A stretch of DNA of 20,000 nucleotides from Trichomonas gallinae (lineage: Eukaryota): positions 47,452-67,451 of the forward strand of contig MRSU01004809.1 of assembly GCA_008369845.1 (NCBI GenBank), written 5' to 3'. Position numbers and translations under genes: made by a program. Numbering within the stretch: position 1 is the stretch's first letter; each line of letters begins with the position of its first letter. The notes under the pieces were generated by a model that did not search any database, was not told the origin of the DNA, and saw only the letters and a program-made list of their open reading frames with translations. Below, piece by piece: positions 1-8,736 of this stretch.

Positions 1-936
1 GTTGCTATTGCTGTTGAGAATCCTTCCTCACCACCATCTGCTCCTGCACCAGCCCCACTGGAGTCAGAGCCACCTAAACCTAAGTCAGAGCCCAAGCCAG
101 AACCTAAACCAGCTCCAAAGGTTGAGTCTAAGCCAGAACCAGAAGCAGTTGGTGGCGCTCCATCTATCCAAGCGGACGACTTGAAGATTAAGCTCAAGAA
201 GGTCGACAGGAAGGAGCCACCTAAAGAGGAAGAGAAGCCAGGATTCGTCATGCCATCACTCAGGAAAGTTCATAAGGAAGAAGAAAAGCCAAAGGAAGAA
301 GATAAAGGTTTCGTGATGCCAACACTCAAGAAGGTTCCTAAAGAGGAAGAGAAACCAGAGGAAAAGCCTCAGGAAGAAGAGAAGCCACAACTTAAACCGG
401 TCGTCAAAGAGCCAGAGGTAGAAAAGCCTAAGGAAGAGGAAAAACCACAACTTAACCCAGTTGTTAAAGAACCAGAAGAGGAAAAGAAAGAAACTATAGT
501 TAAGCCACAGCTTAAGCCTGTCGTCAAAGAGAAGGAAGAAGCACCACAAGAGCCAGGCTTCGTTAAGCCACAGCTTAAGCCAGTAACAAAGACACCCAAA
601 GATGAGCCTATGGATTCTGGCTTCGTCATGCCGCAGCTTAAGCCAGTTGTTAAGGAACAGAAGGAAGAGACGCAGGATGCTGGGTTTGTTAAGCCTCAGC
701 TCAAGCCTGTGACTAAAGAACAGAAACCAGAACAGAAGGAAGAACCGAAGGAGCCAATAATCAAGAAGGAAGATGATGATTATGAATATGTACAGACACC
801 ATTCGGCCTCCAGAAGAGGAGAAAGGCGAAGCCAGAAATAAAGCCTAAGGAGGAGCCGAAGAAGGAAGAGGAACCAACAGGAAACGTGTTTGGCGTTAAA
901 TTGCGGAAGACTATTGATCCTTTGTTACAAAATTAG
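1..936 (+). CDS. 5'-truncated K/E/P-rich repetitive protein with tandem LKKV/LKPV (WH2-like) motifs; putative cytoskeletal/actin-binding protein
   Basis: Frame 1 is open from base 1 (VAIAVENPSSPPSAPAPAPLESEPPKPKSEPKPEP...) through the track ORF 181-936 to TAG at 934-936. The true start is therefore upstream of the window and the TTG at 181 is internal. GC drops sharply after 936. Confidence 0.85.
   Translation, partial: VAIAVENPSSPPSAPAPAPLESEPPKPKSEPKPEPKPAPKVESKPEPEAVGGAPSIQADDLKIKLKKVDRKEPPKEEEKPGFVMPSLRKVHKEEEKPKEEDKGFVMPTLKKVPKEEEKPEEKPQEEEKPQLKPVVKEPEVEKPKEEEKPQLNPVVKEPEEEKKETIVKPQLKPVVKEKEEAPQEPGFVKPQLKPVTKTPKDEPMDSGFVMPQLKPVVKEQKEETQDAGFVKPQLKPVTKEQKPEQKEEPKEPIIKKEDDDYEYVQTPFGLQKRRKAKPEIKPKEEPKKEEEPTGNVFGVKLRKTIDPLLQN
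193..912 (+). repeat. Coding imperfect tandem repeat, ~20-22 aa unit (GFVxP-x-L[KR][KP]V-[KE]-rich spacer)
   Basis: The translation shows LKKV, LRKV, LKKV, LKPV, LNPV, LKPV x4 and a terminal LRKT. DNA variants of aagccacagcttaagcc recur about every 60-66 bp between ~380 and 720. Confidence 0.85.
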
Positions 937-1296
937 ATATTTTTTAATTAAAAATAATTTTTATATTATTTTCAGCTAATAAACTATTTATGATGCTTAT
1001 TTTTATCCAGACAAACAATTATTTACTCACCTAAGTTTCCAATTTTCGAATTAAATATTAACATTTTTCCCAAAGGATGTTAATTTCCTCTAAAACTTTT
1101 GTGGTATTGTTTCTTTCGATGAATGCATATAGTTACACGTCGATTTTGATTTTGAGCTTTGTTTTCGAATTTTTTTCTAAAATAATTGGACCATAATCCT
1201 TTTTTTCTCAAGCATTTAAGTTTTATAAAAAGGGAGCTTGAGATAAAGTCCCCTTGTCATGTTGACAACAAGAAATTAAAAATTTGAATAATTAAT

Positions 1297-1764
1297 TCAC
1301 TCGACAAAATAGTCGAGGAGTGGTACATTCTCGTTATCAATGAAGTCAAAGTCGATTTGGAACGGTTCAACTTCGACTTTTGGAACCTGTTCCGCGGGAG
1401 CTGCAAATGACGCCTGCTTCCGCATCATTACGCGATTCCAATGGTTTTTGATGTTGTTCGGTCCCCTGTTCGTGAAGAATTTCGACAATACTGACCATTT
1501 TGTGCCGATTTCCTGAACTTTTTCGTATAGAAGCCTCTCTTCGTCTTCTGACCATTCTCCGTTGCTCAGTCTCGGCGCAAGGCTGTTGAAATACCTATCA
1601 CGGCACTGCTTGGCGCTTCTGTTCGGCAAAGTCGAACTTATGATCCGCCAGCAGTTTTCTCCGAGTACTTCGACCAGTTTCAGCAACTGCAAGTCCTCGG
1701 CATGTGTGAAGGGTGTCCTTGTCGCACGAGCCTGTTTGAGTTCCCTCGTGGTGTGCGCAGTCAT
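1297..1764 (-). CDS. R2R3 Myb-like DNA-binding protein (transcription factor)
   Basis: Two Myb repeats: FTHAEDLQLLKLVEVLGENCWRIISSTLPNRSAKQCRDRY and WSEDEERLLYEKVQEIGTKWSVLSKFFTNRGPNNIKNHW, followed by an acidic tail (IDFDFIDNE). The first in-frame ATG is at 1764; the track start at 1773 is TTG. Confidence 0.93.
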   Translation of the reverse strand: MTAHTTRELKQARATRTPFTHAEDLQLLKLVEVLGENCWRIISSTLPNRSAKQCRDRYFNSLAPRLSNGEWSEDEERLLYEKVQEIGTKWSVLSKFFTNRGPNNIKNHWNRVMMRKQASFAAPAEQVPKVEVEPFQIDFDFIDNENVPLLDYFVE

Positions 1765-2308
1765 TTTACGCAATGGAACAGATTTTCATTCAATTCTCAC
1801 TTTTATTTGATATTTAGCATTCATATATCATAAATATCCTATTTTCATGATAAAATGTCAAAATTTTAAAATGTGCCCAAAATTTAATTTTGACATAAAA
1901 TAATGAATAAATATATCTTATAGAGTAAAATTTATGAATCAAAATGAAAAAATAAACGAAAATTTTCCAAAATTTTTACTATTCTAAACCATGTTTTTTA
2001 TTATCTTCATACACACTTTATTTATAAATTTCAAATTTTATCCCATTTTATTCAATATTTATCAAAAAATTTGTTTTTTTTTTTTAGGTTTGTAATACAT
2101 TTTATTATGTAGAAAATTTCCTAAAATGAATACATTTAGAATATGATTTGAAAATATTAAGTTTTATATTTTTGAAAAATATTTTCTACGATATAGTATA
2201 GACAAAACAATATATTCTTTAATATATTCATACACATATATCAAATGAACTAATTAAAAAGGTTGGATTTGATTTCAGATCCAAAACAAAAAATACGAGT
2301 AAGAAAAA

Positions 2309-2878
2309 TCAGCAACATGTTCTATGAGGTATCTCATCTAAGGAGATTCCATCTGTACCATTTTCTTCCAGCTCTTCTTTATATTTGAAGCCTCTTGAAA
2401 GAATATCAAAGAAAGCTTCTTTTATGCCGAATCCATTCTTTGCACTAGTAAAGAAAAACGATGCTTGTATTGAATTAGCGAATTCTATTGCTTCTTTTTC
2501 TTCAACTTCAACACCATCTATTAAATCATATTTGTTGCCACAAAGAACTATAGGTAGATCATGAGAATGCCTGGCAACAGACACCCAGCCTGAAAGCTTT
2601 TCAAAAGACTTTCTATTAGTGAGATCAAATACTAATATGCATCCAAAAGCGCCTTGCGAGTAAATTGGTGCCATTGACTGAAACTTTTCCTCTCCAGCAG
2701 TATCCCAGACTTGCACTTCTTCTTTTTTGTCTTTATATTCGAAGTAACCTTTCGAATATGCAGCACCAACTGTAGGATAGACATTAGTATTGAACGAATC
2801 TGTCAGCCATTTGTTGACTATTGACGTTTTGCCGACACTTGCATCTCCCATCATAACGACTTTCGGCTTAATCTTCAT
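2309..2878 (-). CDS. Rab-family small GTPase (divergent; some Rab5-group-like motifs)
   Basis: G1 GDASVGKTS, G2 PTVGAAY, G3 WDTAGEE, SMAPIYSQGA, G4 NKYD, G5 TSAK and a C-terminal CC prenylation motif. The first in-frame ATG is at 2878; the track start at 2917 is TTG. Confidence 0.95.
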   Translation of the reverse strand: MKIKPKVVMMGDASVGKTSIVNKWLTDSFNTNVYPTVGAAYSKGYFEYKDKKEEVQVWDTAGEEKFQSMAPIYSQGAFGCILVFDLTNRKSFEKLSGWVSVARHSHDLPIVLCGNKYDLIDGVEVEEKEAIEFANSIQASFFFTSAKNGFGIKEAFFDILSRGFKYKEELEENGTDGISLDEIPHRTCC

Positions 2879-3548
2879 TTTTTTGGAATTTGAGTTTTCC
2901 GATGATAAATTTTGCAAAAATCATTTAAATGACGATGAGATTCCATATTTTGATCTGAAATAAATTGAATGAATGACAAAAAATTTATGTGCAAAAACAA
3001 TAAGGTTATTTCCGAAAATTTGCGAAAGAAAATTTCCAAATCAATTCGCAAGGCCAAAATTGTCATATTTCTCAGTCTCTTGTCTTCTATATGATATATT
3101 CAGCATTTACTCGAATTTTTAACATCAAACGGACAGAACCTTGTTATAGTTGAATTAGCGTATCATAAGAATCATATATCACATTAGTTATGATTTATCG
3201 ATGTATATTTTCTTGATATCTACTATTTTGAAAGTTTTGATAAAATTGATTTAAACAAATTGCTAAAATTCTACGATAAATTAGAATACTACAGCACATT
3301 CTTTAAGATATGCATTATACTCTTGCTCATTCAAAATTGAATATTATCAAGAATAAAAAAAGTTTATGAGCTTTACATCTTATATACAAAGAATGGCTCA
3401 AAACTTTAAGCATTCAAACTTTTATATGATAATACATAATATCGAATCTGAAGCGGCAAAAAATTGATTTCTCTAAACTGATCCAATATATTGTAAAACG
3501 ACAAAAAAAGATATAGAATAGGATCTAATTTTAATATACTACAAACGA

Positions 3549-5858
3549 TTACTTTGGAAAGTACATTGCCTGTGAAGCAGGAGGTGGAAGGCCCATTCCT
3601 GCCTTTGAAGCCGGAGGTGGCAAACCCATACCTGCCTGTGATGCTGGTGGCGGAAGACCAAATCCTGCTTGAGAGGCTGGTGGCGGCAAACCCATACCAG
3701 CTTTTGATGCAGGTGGTGGTAAACCTGAATGGGATTTGCTCATTACAGGGAGCTGAGGAAGAGCAGGAAGCTGGCCTGGCTGCACTTGCGGTTGAGGAAG
3801 TTGTGGTAGTGGAGGAAGCTGTGCTGGTGCAGATGGCTGTTGTGGGAGTGGAGATGGAGTAGGAACCTCTTCTTTCTGTGGTGGAGATGAAACAGAAACT
3901 GGAGGAGAAGTAGAATTGACGCGAAGCTGGACTTTTTGTGGAACCGAAATCATTGTCTGTGGCAAAGTCTGACTGAAGTTGCTCATAACAGGAAGCTGCG
4001 CTGGCTGTGGAATCTGAAGAGGCGGCTGACTGTTCTGATTCATCTGCTCCATCGGTGAAGGCGCCGAAAGAACTGGAGGCAGCTCGTAATCATCGACACT
4101 TGATATTCTCTCGAGAGGTCGGTCAATTTCTTGTGGCTGCTGATACTGCATTTGAGACTGCTGTTCTTGTTGCTGATACTGCTGATATTGTTGTTCCTGC
4201 TGCTGGTATTGTTGCTGCTCTTGTTGATATAGCTGCTGTGGTTGTTCCTGTTGCTGATACTGCTGATATTGCTGGTACTGCTGTTGTTGGTATTGTTGTT
4301 GCGGCTGCTGCATCTGATATTGAGGATTTTGCGAGTGATACATTTGCTGCTGCTGGAATTGTTGCTGTGGCTGTTGATATTGTGTGTGTTGAGGAATCTG
4401 GGAGTGATACTGCTGCTGATAGCCAGATGAGTAGTTCTGTTGGTAGTTTTGTTGTTGTTGAGGCTGATTTTGTGGAATCTGAGTTGGCTGAGTTGGTGGC
4501 ATCTCGTATGATTCTAAGTTTGCTGGCTTAAGGTTTTCTTGCTCCTGTTGATGAGACTTGGATGCATTAATATTCTTTTGTTGCACAACAATGTAATTTT
4601 GAAGCTGTAAAGCTTGCATCTGTAATTGATGGATCTGTTGTGCGTAACTTGGATTCTGTTGCTGTGTTAAAACTGTAATTTGATATTGCATCTGCTGTAA
4701 AGTTTGTCTTGCGCGTTGTAATTGCTGTTCTTCTGGGCTTAATTGTTGCGGTGGTTGTGGAGGTGGAGTATTTGGTGGTTGTTGCTGTTGTGTTTGTGGC
4801 GGATTTTGTGTATTTTGCGGTTGTTGAAGTTGTTGCTGTTGTTGATATTGAATGACGAGTTTCTTGCGCTCCTCCATGTAATTATGGTAGTTTAAGCAGT
4901 CAGAGTAGTATGAAATATATTGTTCATAATATTGTTGAGCGACTTGAGGTCCATATTGTGCTGTATATTGCTTCACTTGCTGCTGGAACTGCAAGAAGTA
5001 TTGAATTCTTTCCGCTGAAGGCTTTGGAACTGGAGCCAATCTAGAATCAATCCAAATGTTCATCGCTGCTTCTTTTTGTTCTGGTGTTTGAGGAGTAGCA
5101 GGTGCTGACTGCGCAGGAGTCTGCGTAACAGTAACATTCATCCCGCCAGAAGAATTAAATTGGCCAGACTTATATGCGCCGCCTGAATTGAATGCCTTTG
5201 GTATCTCAGTTGCTGGTGCCGGATTTGCAGGCAAAGCTTCGAATTCGAAAGATTCCGATTTTTGGATAACAACTGGTGGCGGCTGATCGGACTCGTCAGA
5301 ACTTTCTTCTTCCATCTCCTGAGCCATATTTTGGCGTCCGAGTTTGGAAGCTGCTTCCATTGCTTCACTGTCAACATTTGATCCTCTAATTGTAACTCTC
5401 CTGCTTTGATCTCTTTCTACTGAGCCCTCCAGCATCGACTTAACGAATTCCTTCTCGTTGACATTCTTAAATGGCTGAGAAAACGGTGGATCTCGATTTG
5501 TATTATAATTGAATTCGACTGTGGCCTGAATTTTGTCACCATTCTTCGTGTATGGGTAGATGAATGTGATTTTAGTGCATTTATTCTCAGGGAGCAAATA
5601 TAAATGAAACACAATTTGGAAACAAATTGATTTCGGATCACCTCCATGTAGAAGGACATTGTGGATCAGTTGGTGCTTGTGGTGCTTCTTGATTGGCATC
5701 GAAATGATCTGATTATCAAATTTTGGATGGTAGCCAGAGAACTTCGAAGAAAAGCACTCATTGTGCGTGCCGTATTCGGAAAAGGACATGTAGTAATGCT
5801 TCTTGGAGCCCTTCTCTTCTATATCTTGGATACTCTTGATTCTTATATATAAAGTCAT
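3549..5858 (-). CDS. Gln/Pro/Tyr-rich low-complexity protein with possible N-terminal C2-like beta domain and C-terminal GxGLPPPAS[QK]A repeats
   Basis: 769-aa ATG-initiated ORF. The first ~130 aa have alternating hydrophobic strands starting MTLYIRIKSIQDI and ending PPFSQPF, a layout resembling divergent C2 domains (inference). The rest is Q-, P- and Y-rich. Confidence 0.8.
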   Translation of the reverse strand: MTLYIRIKSIQDIEEKGSKKHYYMSFSEYGTHNECFSSKFSGYHPKFDNQIISMPIKKHHKHQLIHNVLLHGGDPKSICFQIVFHLYLLPENKCTKITFIYPYTKNGDKIQATVEFNYNTNRDPPFSQPFKNVNEKEFVKSMLEGSVERDQSRRVTIRGSNVDSEAMEAASKLGRQNMAQEMEEESSDESDQPPPVVIQKSESFEFEALPANPAPATEIPKAFNSGGAYKSGQFNSSGGMNVTVTQTPAQSAPATPQTPEQKEAAMNIWIDSRLAPVPKPSAERIQYFLQFQQQVKQYTAQYGPQVAQQYYEQYISYYSDCLNYHNYMEERKKLVIQYQQQQQLQQPQNTQNPPQTQQQQPPNTPPPQPPQQLSPEEQQLQRARQTLQQMQYQITVLTQQQNPSYAQQIHQLQMQALQLQNYIVVQQKNINASKSHQQEQENLKPANLESYEMPPTQPTQIPQNQPQQQQNYQQNYSSGYQQQYHSQIPQHTQYQQPQQQFQQQQMYHSQNPQYQMQQPQQQYQQQQYQQYQQYQQQEQPQQLYQQEQQQYQQQEQQYQQYQQQEQQSQMQYQQPQEIDRPLERISSVDDYELPPVLSAPSPMEQMNQNSQPPLQIPQPAQLPVMSNFSQTLPQTMISVPQKVQLRVNSTSPPVSVSSPPQKEEVPTPSPLPQQPSAPAQLPPLPQLPQPQVQPGQLPALPQLPVMSKSHSGLPPPASKAGMGLPPPASQAGFGLPPPASQAGMGLPPPASKAGMGLPPPASQAMYFPK
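3567..3725 (-). repeat. 33-bp coding tandem repeat, 5 copies of (GM/GF)GLPPPAS(K/Q)A
   Basis: Translation: GLPPPASKA-GMGLPPPASQA-GFGLPPPASQA-GMGLPPPASKA-GMGLPPPASQA-MYFPK*. Confidence 0.9.
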
Positions 5859-5949
5859 TGATAATTTTTGAACTGCGAAATTTTAATTTTATCAATGCTT
5901 TATGCTAATAGTGCAGTATTAATCAGTTCTATCAAAATTGAATCTTGAG

Positions 5950-6611
5950 TAACGATAATTTTTCGCTCAAATTTTTTTACCAATCAAAGTGAAAGTATAT
6001 ATTAGTAACATTATAATTATATTTTTATGTTTTTCACGATTATCGCGCCCATAATTTTGTTCACAAAATTGAAAATGATCTCAAGGTTATGATGCATGAT
6101 ATGTGCAACACATAATTCTCAATAATTTTGTAAAAAAAAACAAACCACTTCTCAAAAACGAGAACATTGGAATACCAATACTGATAATTATTTGCACAAA
6201 AAAATAATTTTTTCACAGTTTATAAAATTGAATGCAAATCCTATCAGCAACGATAATGTAATTTATCTATAATTACGCATAATTCCAAATTTTGCTCAAA
6301 CGGATCAAAACTGCCGTGTAAAAAAAAAACTACAATATTATTATAAGTCCTAAATCAGTTGCTATTGCCTTATTTATCAGTTATAGAATGATATTTCATT
6401 GTAGCGAATTTCTTTTATTCATTTTATTCCATTGTTCATTTGAACAATTGCCTACTTGTCTAGGATAACTTCCATTTGGTAGCTTATATTATCACATCAT
6501 ACCAATAAAATTGCAAATACTGATAATACAAGACTTCTCTACGTGGAAATCAAGATTTTTAATTTTAATACATTCGAAATACTTGATTTTACAATGTTAT
6601 TGAACGATAAT
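5950..6611. promoter_or_regulatory. Three AACGATAAT copies, candidate Myb recognition elements upstream of the 5858 gene
   Basis: Exact AACGATAAT at 5951-5959, 6249-6257 and 6603-6611. The first reads TAACGATA (5950-5957), matching the T. vaginalis MRE-1/MRE-2r core as I recall it. Confidence 0.4.
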
Positions 6612-6792
6612 GCAAAAATTTACTTGATTCCTTAATACGAATTTGATTTCCCATGAAGATTTATTGATATTTTTTCATATTTATTGACATTAATTGCAAA
6701 TTTTTGTGTTTAGAGTTATTAATTATGTTATAGTGACATTAATAAGTAATTATTAGATAGCTTAGTTTTAAAAAGTATAAAAAACATTTTAA

Positions 6793-8703
6793 TTAATTTT
6801 TCTTCCTTCCGGAAACTTCTTTTGGAACATTATTAGTCTGAACAGGTTCATTCTTAACTTCATCGTCATTATTATCCGCTCTTTTCGCTGGCATAATCGA
6901 AGATCCAGTTCTTCTCTCGTTATATCTTCTCTTCAAGTCATCGAAATCGAGGCCAAACTCAGTGGCAATCCTCCTGAGGTCATCCTCGTCAGCTGTAGCC
7001 CTCTTAAGGATCTCCATTTGGCTCTCCATTTTTCTCCTTTCTTGGCCGAGCTGAAGCTTAAGCCTTTCTCTTCTCATCTTGATCTCTTCCTTCCTCGCCT
7101 GCTCCTGCTCTATCCTGGCGAGCTTCTCGTCGACTTTCTTCCTGAGCTCTTCCTTCTCGTTCTGCCTCTTCCTTTCGTTGATTTGCGCCTGCTGAGTCTT
7201 GATTTCATTAGAGACTCTCAGCTTGACACTGTTCTGCAGCAGAGTCTTTTTAGACTGGATCTGGATGGTTCTGGCTCTAGCCTCAGCCTCAAGCATCTTC
7301 TTCTCTATCTCCTGGGCTCTCGCTTCTTCATCTTGGCGCTGTTTCTCGAGCTTTGACGCGATTTTCGCTGACCTGTCTGTCACGCCACTGACTGCTGCCA
7401 TTGCTCTTTCCAGTCTCTCGTGCTCTATCTTTTTGACTCTCGCCTCTGCCTGGAGAGCGGACTCGGTCAGCTTCCTCTCCATCTCGTTGCGCTGTTCGAT
7501 GACTTTCTGTCTCGCTAATGTGACTTTTTCTAGTTTTGCTTTTTCTTTCTCTGACATTTTCTTTTGTATTTCGAGTCTTTGCTCTTCTGCCTTTTGTATG
7601 TTTTCCAGGACTTTCTTGTCCTTCTCTTCTGCGTTCTTTATTCTCTTTTCCTGTTCTTCCTTCATTTTATCTTCGATTTTCTGCTTGATCAATTTCGCCT
7701 GCTCTTCTTTCTTCTTTGTTTCCTCTTCGCGCTGTTTCTTTTCTTCCTCCATCTTTATTTGCCTCTGCTTCTCTCTTTCTTCGGCATCAGACTGCCTCTG
7801 GTCGATCTTCTTGCGCCTTTCTTCCTCCATTTCTCTGATTTTCTTCATGACGGACTCCATTTTCTCTTGTCGCCTCTTCTCTTCTTCCTGCTGCTCTTTC
7901 TGTCGCCTCTTTTGATCTTCTTCGAGTCTCCTCTGGAATTCTTGCTGCTGCTGTTCAGCTTTTTTCGCTAATTCTTCTTCCTGCTGCCTCCTCTTCTCTT
8001 CCTTCTTCGCCTGGTCCTCCAGACGCTTCTTTATTCGTTCTTTTTCGAGCTCTTTGTTCTTCTGGATTTCTAATTCGCGTTTTCTTCTCTGTTCGAGTTC
8101 TTTTTGCTCTCTTACCTTGGCTTCTTCGTTTGCTTTGTTCATCGAGATGGCTCCCATCAGCAGCTGCTCGACTTCACGCTTTTGGCGCCTTTCTAACGCA
8201 TCTAAAGCAGCTTTATCATTTAGAGTCATTCCTACTTCATTTATTTGGGTCGTTGTTGTCGTAGTCTCTTGCGATTTGTTGTTTTCTGTATTTATTATTC
8301 TTTCGCGCTCTTCTTTGACTTGCTGAATCAATTTATCGACGTTTGCGCATAATTCTCGTTTTGCGTATGCTCTGCACTCTGGATCTGTAGAATATGTGCT
8401 GATACTCATGTCAGATGGGTAAGAAAGGTCTTTTTCAGTGATTCCGAGTTTGTGCATTGCGCAAATTGTAGCATATTCGGTGAAATGAGCGGGCAAATTT
8501 GGGTTAAAGTTTGTTATCGAGCCACCCTGACTTCCTAGTGATCGTCGCATTGTTTTTATCTGTGGTTTAAAAGTTGTCGAAGTATTATTTAGTTTTTGCG
8601 AGTCATTTTTATCATCCTTCGATTTATTATCCGCGTTATTCCGGTTTTCTGCCCGAGAGGTCCCTTTTCCGCCACTTTTCCCTGTATCTACTTTAGAACT
8701 CAT
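6793..8703 (-). CDS. Long E/K/R/Q-rich coiled-coil protein (trichohyalin-like composition), probably cytoskeletal
   Basis: 636-aa ATG ORF with a disordered N-terminus and a short non-coil block (AMHKLGITEKDLSYP). About 430 aa of charged helical sequence follow. Confidence 0.85.
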   Translation of the reverse strand: MSSKVDTGKSGGKGTSRAENRNNADNKSKDDKNDSQKLNNTSTTFKPQIKTMRRSLGSQGGSITNFNPNLPAHFTEYATICAMHKLGITEKDLSYPSDMSISTYSTDPECRAYAKRELCANVDKLIQQVKEERERIINTENNKSQETTTTTTQINEVGMTLNDKAALDALERRQKREVEQLLMGAISMNKANEEAKVREQKELEQRRKRELEIQKNKELEKERIKKRLEDQAKKEEKRRQQEEELAKKAEQQQQEFQRRLEEDQKRRQKEQQEEEKRRQEKMESVMKKIREMEEERRKKIDQRQSDAEEREKQRQIKMEEEKKQREEETKKKEEQAKLIKQKIEDKMKEEQEKRIKNAEEKDKKVLENIQKAEEQRLEIQKKMSEKEKAKLEKVTLARQKVIEQRNEMERKLTESALQAEARVKKIEHERLERAMAAVSGVTDRSAKIASKLEKQRQDEEARAQEIEKKMLEAEARARTIQIQSKKTLLQNSVKLRVSNEIKTQQAQINERKRQNEKEELRKKVDEKLARIEQEQARKEEIKMRRERLKLQLGQERRKMESQMEILKRATADEDDLRRIATEFGLDFDDLKRRYNERRTGSSIMPAKRADNNDDEVKNEPVQTNNVPKEVSGRKKN

Positions 8704-8731
8704 TTTTCACTAAAATAACGTGTTTACGAAA

Positions 8732-8736
8732 AGTGA
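8732..8736 (-). promoter_or_regulatory. Candidate initiator (Inr, TCACT) of the 8703 gene
   Basis: The minus strand reads GTCACTTTTCG...GAAAAATG, with TCACT about 30 nt upstream of the ATG. This matches the trichomonad Inr TCA(Y)(W). Confidence 0.4.

Noticed and set aside
2..184. 60-aa ORF in frame 2 and TTG start at 181
   Set aside because: Frame 1 is continuously open from base 1 with the same P/E/K composition as 181-936. The frame 2 ORF is a shadow.
256..629. Antisense F/L-rich and S/G-rich ORFs
   Set aside because: Reverse-complement shadows of GAA/AAG-rich repeats.
2875..3066. 63-aa ORF whose TGA overlaps the Rab ATG (ATGA)
   Set aside because: AT-rich with no domain. An Inr-like TCAAA lies about 15 nt before the Rab ATG, so this ORF is probably not in the mRNA; prokaryote-style coupling is not expected here.
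7018..8326. Long antisense ORFs over the coiled-coil gene
   Set aside because: Expected stop-poor antisense frames of E/K/R-rich coding DNA.
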